33,737 bases of DNA, from the NCBI GenBank assembly GCA_032718475.1, contig JAUCBJ010003294.1, forward strand, positions 1-33,737, in the 5' to 3' direction. This DNA is from Nemertoderma westbladi (taxonomy: Eukaryota > Animalia > Xenacoelomorpha). Numbering within the stretch: the first letter of the stretch is position 1; each line of letters begins with the position of its first letter. Below are positions 20,988 to 31,782 of the stretch, piece after piece. A program made the position numbers and the translations under genes. Under the pieces are notes generated by a model. It did no database searches, had not been told where the DNA came from, and was given only the letters and a program-made list of their open reading frames with translations.

Positions 20988-22490
20988 GTCAATTATTTTA
21001 GAATAATTGAATTTTTGAATTTTTTAGGGGTTACTTGGTTACTTTACTTTACTTTATTGCCGTTATTTAAGCAGTAGTCCAACTGATATTAAGACCTAAT
21101 TGATGTATAACAGGCCTACTGTTTTATAAATCGGTTTGAGTTGATTTATAATATATATATATATACCCTGTAATGGGTTTTGTCAATATTTGAAATAAAT
21201 GTTATTATTTCTGGTAAGGAGTCACTACACAGAAGCTAGACGCTCTCAGTGGAGTGCTACTTATTGTTTTGGACACTAAAACAAATAATTCTACTTGCCT
21301 AAGTTACTTATTACTACAATTTATGTACAATTGCGGGGTGAGATTACAATCTCTAAATAAACACAAAAATTACACGTACGAATTTTTAGGGTTAATTTTA
21401 CAAGAAATCTATAAACCAGCCTAACAAGGGGTTAGAATATCTGGTTATTACAAACGGACAGGATACTATGGTATTTGAAAATAATAAAGCAGTAGTAAAT
21501 ATATTGCGTTGTCCAGATAGGAAAAATACCACCGTCTGACGACTTATAGCCGTAGCGCTATAAGTACTACGTTATGTACACGGAGTGTTCCTACCTAGAA
21601 GTTAATTACCGCGGCCTACCAGAGCCAACGTGCCTATTAACCACTTTACAACACAAATATACTGCCTACAAACTAATTACCTTCGGAAAGCACTGTATAC
21701 TAAACCCTAAATTAGGTACAAGTACTTATACAACAAATAACCAGCAGTTAAAAATACTTGTACAGCTAAAAGAACCACGGTATCTGCCGGAGTGACTAGA
21801 GCATAAAATCACCAGTCTTTACCTACGCCAAACAGCCCTGATGTAGTACCGGGATTAATTTAACTATAACGGTATGTATAACAAGCACAATTACTGTAGG
21901 AATAAACTTGGGGGTATGTATGTTGCGAATAATTGCATAAACTCTGAATAATAATTATTACGCTACCCGTACAGACTACACAAACAAAATACAAACCAAA
22001 TGCTGGCAGACTACTATCAAGCCTAAATAAACTACAGTATATGCAGACTCCGAAATGGTTAGTTAGTATGCGTTCTAACCGAGTAGTACGACTTATTCTT
22101 TCGGGGGGGGGGGGGGGGGGATTTACCTTACAGCACTGGAAGCCCCCACGTTCCTAACTAGTACTTTATCGGACATACACTCTACACACACTGCAATCTC
22201 TTCAGACTTAACAACAGCCAGACAACAATCCAGCCTACAAATTATTTATACAATCTGAGTAGGCTTACACGCCTTCTGCTCAATATTAACTTACAAATAA
22301 ATAAAACTGACAGAAATAAGTAAAATCCCAATAAAAAACCAGGGCGGCCGTCCCTGATTAAATATCAAGACCTACCGGTATATAATTATCAAAATCGAAT
22401 AATACTGATGTACCTGTACTGCTGTAAGTACCGGTTCGGGTGGTTAGGCAGTCAGGCCTACTGGTTACCGGTCGACCGGTACTTTTCGAC

Positions 22491-22603
22491 TTTATTGCCT
22501 ACGTTGCAATAAAGAAGCAATAACTGTTATTGTTCTTACCAGAACAATAGTAAACTGTATTTATTGCCTACACTGCAATCAGAAGATATAACTGTTATTG
22601 TTC
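22491..22603 (-). repeat. Duplicated approximately 45-bp LTR-end/PBS-position unit
   Basis: TTTATTGCCTAC..TGCAAT..AGAAG..ATAACTGTTATTGTTC at 22491-22535 and 22560-22603. Confidence 0.85.
22587..22598 (-). promoter_or_regulatory. Non-canonical primer-binding-site position (ATAACAGTTATA), complementary to an LTR-internal sequence
   Basis: Directly follows the 5' LTR terminal CA, has no TGG, and is the reverse complement of LTR nt 427-438 (23341-23330). Confidence 0.5.
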
Positions 22604-23767
22604 GCGCTTTTAGACCTTTAGCAGTTTAACCTGCCAAATTTAGGTGTATTTTAGGTTATAAATCGACTTTAGCCTATGACAAGTATTTGATACACATAAA
22701 ACTACATTAGCCGAAGCCAGCCTATGCGCGACCATTCACCCACTGGATTTACCCGGGAGACTGGATTCGGAAGCTCTGACCTTATTGCGGTGTAGGCCTA
22801 CTGTACTATTCGATTGATCGTTAATATATAATCTCTGACAAATATTATTCACTTTCGGGAAATATTAACAGTTCCTTTAGGACGTGGCGCTCTAAGTATG
22901 TAAACAGAATTATGACTTACACTAAACACAACGGGATGGCTATTGATTCACGTATAAAGCGCATTCTTTAGGAGATGCTTTGTTATCTGTCACAGTCATG
23001 CACACTACCGCACAATGCTGCACACTGATCTGCCGACCTTCACTAAATTTGATCATATATAAGGAGAACAGCAACGGACACATGTAGGGCCTATGAAATA
23101 GCATTCAATTCACTCCAAAACCACTATAATGTAAGTCGCAATGCTATATGTAACCGGTCTCTCTAACCTTCAGTATATCAAGAAGATTGGGGTTTTCTGA
23201 TTATTTATCGATATTCTCCAAATATAACAATATTCCATCAACTGATACAATTAATAACCGACAGTAAATAGCAGTAAAATAATGCGGTGAAAGGTACGCA
23301 TAGTTATGATATGATAAGTGGTAGATAGAATAACAGTTATACGTTTCTATGATCAAAGCCGTTCTAATGTTTGGCTAAAGTCTGAAACACAGAATAATTC
23401 CACAGCCGGTGTTCTAGGCTTAGGAAAAATACACACTGACTGAATTGCGTGAGTTTCTGTATGCACTGTCCAACACAGAGTGAAAACCGCTCTGATTGGT
23501 CGAGACGAACAAAGAAAGCCAAAAGCTACACGTCGACATCTCAGCTGATAGATGTCGTCATCTGAAATACACTGTATTAAGAGTATTTTGGTGCATTGCG
23601 GCATAAAATTGCTAGTTATGTCCGCTAAAGTACACATACAGAAGAAATGGCTTTTTATGTCCACTAAAACACCTGTACAGTAAGGAAACGGCTTTTTATG
23701 TCCGCGAAAACACCTACAGAGTACTTTGCGGGGAAAATAACCAGCTAATTCCGCAAAAGCCTTTACA
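22599..23767 (-). repeat. 5' LTR (1169 bp)
   Basis: Minus strand starts TGTAAAGGC and ends GCGCGAACA. Contains an approximately 41-bp tandem repeat (about 23615-23720) and a CCAAT box (about 23495-23499). Confidence 0.96.
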
Positions 23768-24869
23768 GTAACCACCCGGAACTTATATTTTTGGGAAGAC
23801 CTAACTTCTGGCCATTCATTTTGATATGATAACAATTCTGAATCGGTAGCTGACTTGGTGTTATCACCGGTTGTCATGGAAATGGTAAAACAACAAACAT
23901 GCTGTAGTATTCTAATAACTCAATATAAATTTAGCGCATCTTTTGAAAAAGATAGCTACTGGTCTTGCAATTCTAAATGTGACATAAAATTCTGGAATAT
24001 AATTATTGTTACCATGGGAATGCTGCTAAATGAAAACAGACTTGTTTTAGAAAAATAGCTACCATTCTAGAACAATACCATTGTTTTAAAAGCAAATTGC
24101 CACATTTTATGGAATATTAGTTTTGGAAAATTTTGCTATACTGAGAGCTAAACCTGTTTTGTTATAACGGTGATATATGGTTCCAAAGATATACCCATGT
24201 TTGAAATATTTTTATTTTTCATCATTTTAATCTCATTCCACTCCGTTTCAAAATAATGACTTTATAACAAATATTTATGTCAATAAAAAACAATCAAGAT
24301 GGGACTAAAAAATAACTTTAAAATGACAAGTGACATCTAAATGGCATTTCAAACAACACTCCTTCACAGGTTACCATGACTACCACTACAGATGCAATTG
24401 AAGATGACTCCGATATGACACAAACAAATGACTTGACACCTACCACAAAAGAGAGGTTAGTTCTTTTAGTATATTCACTTCAATTTATATATTTATCATA
24501 ATTGTTCCTAGATGATTTCTGCGAAGATGATTCCTTCGATAATGACATTTTTGAATAATAAATCCTCTTTATTTACTCCTACTTGGCCCGGGGGGCGTAT
24601 TCCCAATCCTTACACCAGAGTAGGAACACATCTTGAATTGTAGCCTGGGATTGGTTAATGAACTATTTATTGATTGGATGTTGAAATCATGTAAGGAATG
24701 GAGATAGGGGTCGAACTAGTGTAAGGGTTTTTATACTCAGTTAGCTGGTAGAAAGTGTTCCAAACGCTGTAAGGAATGGAGAAATTGGGTGAAATCATGT
24801 AAGGGTTATTACACCAACAGTATTAGATGAGTAGACTTAACATTTGATATTATTCTAGGCAGTAGAACA

Positions 24870-25075
24870 TTGGGATATGGTTTATACAGGGCTGCATGAG
24901 CTGCCCACACACATAAGGACCACAATGCGCACAATCTTGTGCATTGACAGCCCCATGGAGAAAATAAGCATGATGAACAGCCCATGACTATCTTAATACG
25001 CCTCCTAAAGGACACTGGCCTTGAAGATGCAGATAATCTCGCGAAAGTCATGGGGGATAGGGAGTTGTGACGGTG
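24870..25075 (+). mobile_element. Old RTE 3' fragment of the same family as 7490-8040
   Basis: Encodes PHGENKHDEQPMTILIRLLKDTGLEDADNLAKVMGDREL. Confidence 0.75.
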
Positions 25076-25668
25076 TAACTTTGTTGATAAGCCGGCACAG
25101 CATTATGAATGTACGCTGCATTTGGCTTGCCAATTGCGGATTGCATGGTTGTGGCAAAATACTTTTGCCAAGCTGGCATAGCATCTCAATGTGCAGTTTC
25201 AATTATTACAATTATACATATTCAATTATAGCACCGTACAGTTGTAATTGCTTATGAATAGTCCTTCTGCTATTCGTGTGCATCGAACTGCACTAGCGCA
25301 CCGACGACTAGCTCTTACATTACGAAGTAAACAAATGCGTGCAGCTGTGTTGGTGGCCGACCTCATGCAGTACTGATAAGACTGGACGCGCTAAAAAAAA
25401 CGCTCTAGAAACATGTCGATAAACATAAATGCATATCGAACAAATGCTAAAGGATATTACATAGAGGTTTTAATGCTTTAAAATATGAATTTAAAGTGAA
25501 TGAATTTCATTATTAAATACTTTATTATTACAATCTATTCAATCAGTAAAATCAAAGAGTAAATGGTGTGTAAAACGATTCCTTATACAACACTATTTCC
25601 ACTCTATAAATATATGTAAACTGCTATTCGTATATATTTTTTACTGTCGTCTAACAATGAACCGTTTA

Positions 25669-27198
25669 CTACTACTAGGTCGAGCGAACTCGGACAGTGG
25701 AAATGAGATCCTTCCAGGCTTCCCGATTCTCCATAGTTGTCGCAATTTCGTTTCTCCCAAGTTCAGTATCCCTTTCAAGTTGATCTATATATGTTATGGC
25801 AGGTCGTCCACGACTACGCTTTCCATGAGTTGGTTGCCAGAGAAGTAGATCTGGTATGACCTCGTCTTTACTTCGCCAGCAGTGCCCACTGAATCTTAAT
25901 CTGCGTTCATGGAGGGTGGTTGATACAGGTGGTATTGTACCATAAAGCTCGGCGTTTGTCATGTGTTGTCTCCAGCTGATGTTTAGGGCTGCCCTTAGTA
26001 GTCTTGTGTAGCAACCATCAATTCGTTGTTCAAGTGATTTAGTCAGTGTCCAGGTCTCACCCCCGTATAAAAATACACTTTCCACTGTGGCTCGAAAGAA
26101 CTTAGTCTTCAGGTGCCTGGAGAGATCTGATTTCCAGATGGTATCCATTTTTGATAGATCTACCCAAGCCTTTGCTTTCCTAACTTCTATGTCCTTTTTG
26201 CTACTCTCTATCCATGATCCAAGGTACTGGAAGTCATCGACCTTCCTTAGTTGATTATTATCAGTGGTTGTCAAGTTTCCATCAACATTAAAGGTCATGA
26301 ATTCGGTCTTGGTAGCATTTATATGCAATCCAACCTCCTTAGCAGCCCTCTCCACTTTATTCAGTAGAAGCTGTGCATCTGCTAGCGTATTAGAGAGCAG
26401 GGCGATGTCATCCGCAAAGTCGGTGTCTGTGACTGTAGTTGCCGGATATCTACTACTTCTACGTTCTTGAAGTGTGAATCCCAGATCTTCACCCTTTGTG
26501 GCCGTCCTCATTGCATAATCCAGCACAATTACAAATAGTAATGGTGCTAATGTGTCACCTTGCAGGACGCCAGCCAGGATTGAGAAAAACTCAGTTTCAC
26601 CATCTGGTGAGAGTACCTGCGCTTCTGTGTCACAATATAACAATCCAATGCCAGCAACAATTACTTCTGGTATTCCATAAGCTCTTAGGATTTCAAGCAT
26701 TTTACCTCTATGGATGGAGTCGAATGCCTTCTTGAAGTCCACAAAAGTCATGACTGCGGGGAGATTCTTTGACTTAATCCTTCAATCAATCTCCGTAGTG
26801 CAAGTATCTGAGCTATTGTTGATCTACTTGGTCGAAATTCGTTTTGGCTCTTACGCAGTAGTTTCTCTATGTGAGGCCTAATCCTATATAGAATCATTTT
26901 ATTGTATATTTTGGCAGCTACCACAAGCAGACAGATCCCACGATAGTTTGTTGGTATGCCGAGGTCTCCTTTCTTGGGGAGAGGCTTTAGTTGACCTTTA
27001 GTCCAAATTGGTGGTGGCTTTTCCCCTTTTAACATCCGGTTGCAAACATTCAATAATGGTCTATTTAGCACTCCGGTTTTCCATACCTCCGCTGGGATTT
27101 CATCTAATCCACTCGCTTTATTATTGGACATGCTTTTAATGCTTCTTTGGAGTTCGGCAGGTGTGAAGTCCCCTGTTTCTATAGGTAGTGTCTTGTCG
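25669..27198 (-). mobile_element. Young 5'-truncated RTE-clade LINE (1530 bp) with a 15-bp TSD and a (TAG)n tail
   Basis: ACAATGAACCGTTTA at 25654-25668 and 27199-27213; RT coding sequence throughout; ends TAG TAG TAG. Confidence 0.93.
25675..27198 (-). pseudogene. RTE reverse transcriptase, endonuclease domain lost, one frameshift at about 26778
   Basis: KASGLDEI, PKKGDL..NYRGICL, FVDFKKAFDS, GVLQGDTLAP, DFADD, FQYLGS and RRLRFSGH..RGRP motifs across ORFs 26748-27293 and 25675-26751. Confidence 0.93.
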
Positions 27199-27984
27199 AC
27201 AATGAACCGTTTAATAGGCAGATAATAACCCTTACATGAATTCACCCAATTTATCCATTCCTTACAGCGTTTGGAACACTTTCTACCTGCCAACTGAGTA
27301 TAAAACCCTTACACTAGTTCAACCCCTCTTTCCATTCCTTACATGATTTCAACGTCCAATCAAATAATAGCTCATTACCAATCCCAGGTGTTAATGCAAG
27401 AGGTGTTCCTAGTAGTGTAAGGATTGGGAATACGCGCCCGGCTTAATTTTGTAATTAGTCTGTATCTTTGAGTAAGGTTTGTTTGGAAAACCGAGATTTC
27501 GTGACTTTTCCTAAAATTTAATGGGTTATCCAACAGCGCAAAAGCCATTTACATGGCCATGATAGTTTTTGTGCTGTGCTCTCTTTCTGGCACCCATCTC
27601 CAGTACTTTCGTACTAAGATTTTCAATAGTTTTTATAATTCACTAAAATTAATTTATTTGTGATACATAGCGGTTTTTTTTGGATGCTGATCACGATTAC
27701 AGAATATTCGTGACATTTTTTGTTAATTTTTAAAGTGTCACCTGGGGTACAAATAAAACAAGTAGTGCAAATATGATAGTCAAAAATCACGCCAAGGGTC
27801 TTCGTTTTGTACTCAACCGGCAGATAAATGTTGGTGGTTGACAATTGCAATACAGCAGAGAGAGAGATAGAGAGGATTGATGATGGAGCTGGTAGAACAT
27901 GCATCCAAACCATACCCTCCTCCTCTAACAGCCATCCCAGACCTATGGGGGAAGATACATTGATGATGGGTACTAAGCTTATAT

Positions 27985-30304
27985 GGGTCAATAAGCTTAA
28001 AAGTGGCCAATGGTTTGTCCGGAAGTTACGATATAATTTTAAATGCTTTAATTTATTCGTATATAATAAAGTTATATATTATTTTGTAGCTAATTTATTT
28101 GCGCAGCTTACGCACTAAAAATTATCAAAATCTGTAAAGGCAGTCAAAAGATATGCCCCATCAAAGACTGAAATATCGTGAAAATCAGTTGTCCCTTACA
28201 TGACTCGACCACAAACAACTGTAAATTTTATCACCCCAAGTGGCAAATATATAGGAAACCTATATATTGTTGGGAAGCTTAGATGTTTTGCTTTCTTTTC
28301 CGATATATTTCAGGCCATAATATTCATGTTGAACCATTTGAGATCGATACATAAAATGGGCATGGATTTTTCAATTTTTGTGTCACATCTGTAACATTTA
28401 CGTCTAGAATCTGAAGTAGTAACTGTAGGTTTACAGTTTTGATATATTTAGAATCAACAGGGTTTCTAACATATATAGGCCAAATATCACATACAAAGGG
28501 TAAGGTCATCTCATTTGGGAAGCATTTATGTTTAACAAAGTCAATATTGAAAGCATAAACGTCCATATCTGTAACGCTACAAATGTGGCCATAGATTTTG
28601 ATAATATTAATCTCATACAAGTATAATGGTACGTGTGGAAAGGCAATTTTAATTTATGCCGCATTAACCCCAAGAGTTAATGTGATAAATAAACACCTAG
28701 GATGTATGGCGGTGGTAAGCGTTTTTGTCAACCATCTGTAACGCGTCACCGTTACAGTGCAGTGCGTTACAGATAGGGCATGTCTCATCTGTAACGCATT
28801 ATATAACCAGTTATCGATGCGTTACAGACTGTAGGTTTTCAGTCATATCTATATGACAGTCCTATCTGTAACGGCGTGTCATCCTGATATACATTAAGGC
28901 ATCACTGACAATATTTGAATGCCTACGCGTTTGATACGTTCTTCGTCTTCCTACTGACATCCTAACTGCTCATGGTAATGTGGTAGTGTAAGATGGGTAA
29001 ATGTAAAACGCGGAACTGGATGCAGGATCCGGATCGGTACCCGGATTTTGAGGTTAAAACGCGGATCCGGGATTTCATGAAATCCGGAAATGAGTGCAAA
29101 ATGCGAATTCAATCTAATTTGAATTGTTGCTGGAGTGTTACTGGATCCTCCCGTAAGGGGAGTAAAACACGGATTCATGTTTATCTCTATCCGGGAAGAG
29201 GTGATTGCGGATTCTAGGGAGTAAAGCGCAGATTCACTTCACATATGAAATTGTATGAATCCAGAGCTTCTGGGTCCGTGGTAAATAATTTAGGAATTAA
29301 TTGCAAATATATACAATCTCCATCTTATAAATTTTAAAAGTAGGCCTATAAATAAAATGTGCTTTTTACATAATTTCGCTTTATTTCGTTTAGAATTGTA
29401 GAAGATACATTTCCTACAAACAGTGTTTTTTTTAACATACAATATATTGTACAGACGGTGTTTCGTTTTGCGTTTTTCGTTATTAGGCTTCCCTGCATAG
29501 GCGCGTAATTTATTACAACAATGCTGATAGCAATGATCCTCATAGCATATAAAAGGCCTATGCCCTATATTTTACTATCAATTTCTAAATCATTGGCTTA
29601 ACATCACTCACTGACTTACATGAAGGACTTGTGCACTACTTATATTATTGTGATAAGTTTAGTCATATCCGTTTATTGGATGAGGTAATAGACGTGTCTG
29701 AATCAGTTGCAGGGAAACGCCAGGGAGCGGTTAAATAAGTACAGAGGAAAAATGGACCGCGGTTGTTATACAGAGTATTTTAAACAAGCATATAAAAAGC
29801 GGCGCGGTAGGGAAAATTAAACACGGGATAAAAAAATCGTGTAAAACAAGATTATCGGTTACACAGAAAAATGTTAATGAAAAACGTTTTCTATTTATTG
29901 AAATCTTGTGTATTAAGTACATATAATTTAGTGGATGGTTATGGGCAGATATCACTGTTTGTTACAGATGTTTGTCCAATAAATTACCTTATTGTCGAAG
30001 CAATAAGTTATAAATACTGCAAAATCCATATAACATAATTACCGTTACAGATGGCCGTTACAGACGTTTGTCCCATAAATGTCATCACTGTAATGCGTTA
30101 CAGTGGTAGACAAAAACGTTACAGATATGACATTAGTTTTTGCCATATATCTCCCTTTGAGCAGCGCGTCATGCTCTCCCTCTACCATCACAAGATTCGC
30201 CATGAAATTATCTTTCGAATGGTGTATGGTATGGCACTAATTTCCGACAAAATTTTTTTGGTCAATTTGTACCCCTTTTTGGCCACTTTTAAGCTTATTG
30301 ACCC
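27985..30304. mobile_element. 2320-bp non-autonomous DNA transposon with perfect 26-bp TIRs (Sola2- or ISL2EU-like ends)
   Basis: GGGTCAATAAGCTTAAAAGTGGCCAA at 27985-28010 and its exact reverse complement at 30279-30304. ATAT on both flanks. CTGTAAC motifs mainly in the left half and GTTACAG in the right half. No transposase ORF. Confidence 0.85.
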
Positions 30305-30720
30305 ATATACGATTGGCAGTTGGCTCTGAATAGGTGTCTCTCTTTAATGATGTGCTACGCAGAGTAGATTACGTTAAGTTGTAATGCACACATATTGTTT
30401 TAGTAGGATCAAGTCTCAGTACATCATCCATTTTATTTAGATATAAATTCAATAACTTTATAGCCCAAACTATGAAATATAGCGACCCAATTTGTCAACA
30501 AGCGAAACAATTATTTCCAGCGCAAATTTACTAGCCCATGTAAGTTTTCGTCAAAAGCATATGTTTGCGGTCATTTTGTGCCATTATAAATCAACTATGA
30601 TTGTTCAATTTAGGTTTAATAAATATATCAATGATATTTAAAAAAAACTGGACCAGTTAGTTGGGCTATTCGCTGAGGGCGGCCGTGTATGTTGTGAGGA
30701 AACATATTATATTATATATC

Positions 30721-30945
30721 GAGACAGATGGGGAAACTGGACCCAAATTAATATACTGCCTCAATGTTAAATTCTCTATTTAGGGAAAGGAGAAGGTTTC
30801 AGTGTCACGTTATTTAACTAAAACAATAAACTAAACACAATAGAACAGGTTACAGTTTTATTTTTGAGAGTAATCTACTATTATTTGAGTCCAATTTCCC
30901 CTGGAGAGGATTGAATTATTATTGCCTCCAGTTTTCCCCCTACCT
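30721..30945 (+). mobile_element. MITE-like repeat, copy 1
   Basis: GAGACAG..GGGGAAACTGGAC ... CCAGTTTTCCCCCTA inverted ends; body shared with 31583-31782. Confidence 0.7.
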
Positions 30946-31582
30946 TAATTTTCAAATGCCCTTTGATAAATATCAAAAGAGGGCCTATACACTGGTTGGT
31001 CATATATTATATTAATTAATAGGCTATCAAGTAAACATTTTAGACCTACCGGTTAACATCAGAATAAGTAAAATATGAACTACAGGAATATCAAATTAAG
31101 TCTATAGAAGGTGTAGTTGTTGCACAAAAGGAAGTAAATACCGCCCGAATTTGAAATATACCCAACCAGGATAATGTTTACTATAAACTTGGAATTCCCC
31201 AGCCAGACTGAAAGGAGGTACGATATCCATCTGGAGTATTAAGGCAGCAACCAGCAACCAAAAACCTTGTTGACCGGGATCATGTGGTGCAAGTCGAAAC
31301 TGCTAGCCAATAAGGATCTGTTATTGGATATTATTTGGATTCTGGCTTACAAAGTAAATCCTTGACTTCCTATATTAGCTGTTGTGTTGGCAATATTGAT
31401 TCACCTTTGACAAGTGAGTAAATACGATTGTACAGGAATTATTGTTTCCTACCCAACCCATCCTTTAGCTTCATTAATTAATTATCTGATTGTGCTTGAT
31501 TTCAGTTGAGTGAGAGTCCCAGTAAAGTTACTATTAATTATTGTCTGGTGTCCGAGTTCGGTCGAACTAGTAGTAGTAGTAC

Positions 31583-31782
31583 GAGACAGGGGGGGAAACT
31601 CGACGCAAAACCCGCCTTGGCGAATTAATATCCCGCCTCAATGTTAAATTCTCAGTTTAGGTTATTTTAACCAAAACAATAAACTAAACACAATAGACTG
31701 ATAGAACAGGTTACAGTTTTATTATTGAGAGTTATCAGCTGTTATTTGCGTCGAATATTGCGTCCAGTTTCCCCCCTATCTG
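31583..31782 (+). mobile_element. MITE-like repeat, copy 2
   Basis: GAGACAGGGGGGGAAACTCGACGCAA ... TTGCGTCCAGTTTCCCCCCTATCTG inverted ends. AGTAGTAC on both flanks is a possible 8-bp TSD, but it lies in a TAG microsatellite. Confidence 0.72.

Larger units (their letters stand above)
10879..23767 (-). mobile_element. Complete non-autonomous BEL/Pao LTR retrotransposon (12,889 bp)
   Basis: Paired LTRs with TG..CA termini; TSD GTAAC at 10874-10878 and 23768-23772; BEL/Pao Gag (DUF1759-like), triple Cys-His cluster, aspartic protease and QWRH..NxAD..SRG motif. No RT or integrase motifs seen. Confidence 0.95.
24592..27438. mobile_element. Non-autonomous DNA transposon-like element with approximately 220-bp terminal inverted repeats (PIF/Harbinger-like ends), carrying nested LINE sequences
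   Basis: 24592-24811 is the reverse complement of 27223-27438 (about 85% by eye). Termini GG(G/C)GCGTATTCCCAATCCTTACA; CGG on both flanks (24589-24591 and 27439-27441); repeated TGTAAGG motifs in the arms. Confidence 0.7.

Noticed and set aside
22103-22120. 18-nt G homopolymer as a functional G-quadruplex or PPT
   Set aside because: It is poly-C on the element's sense strand and far from the 3' LTR; homopolymer length is also error-prone. No further support.
23353-23877. 174-aa ORF, and the related 103-aa ORF at 11858-12169
   Set aside because: It crosses the LTR/flank junction, runs through the LTR tandem repeat, and is not preserved in the sister LTR; a chance open frame.
27199-27293. N-terminus of the 181-aa RT ORF
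   Set aside because: These codons come from the TSD and the TIR arm, not from the LINE.
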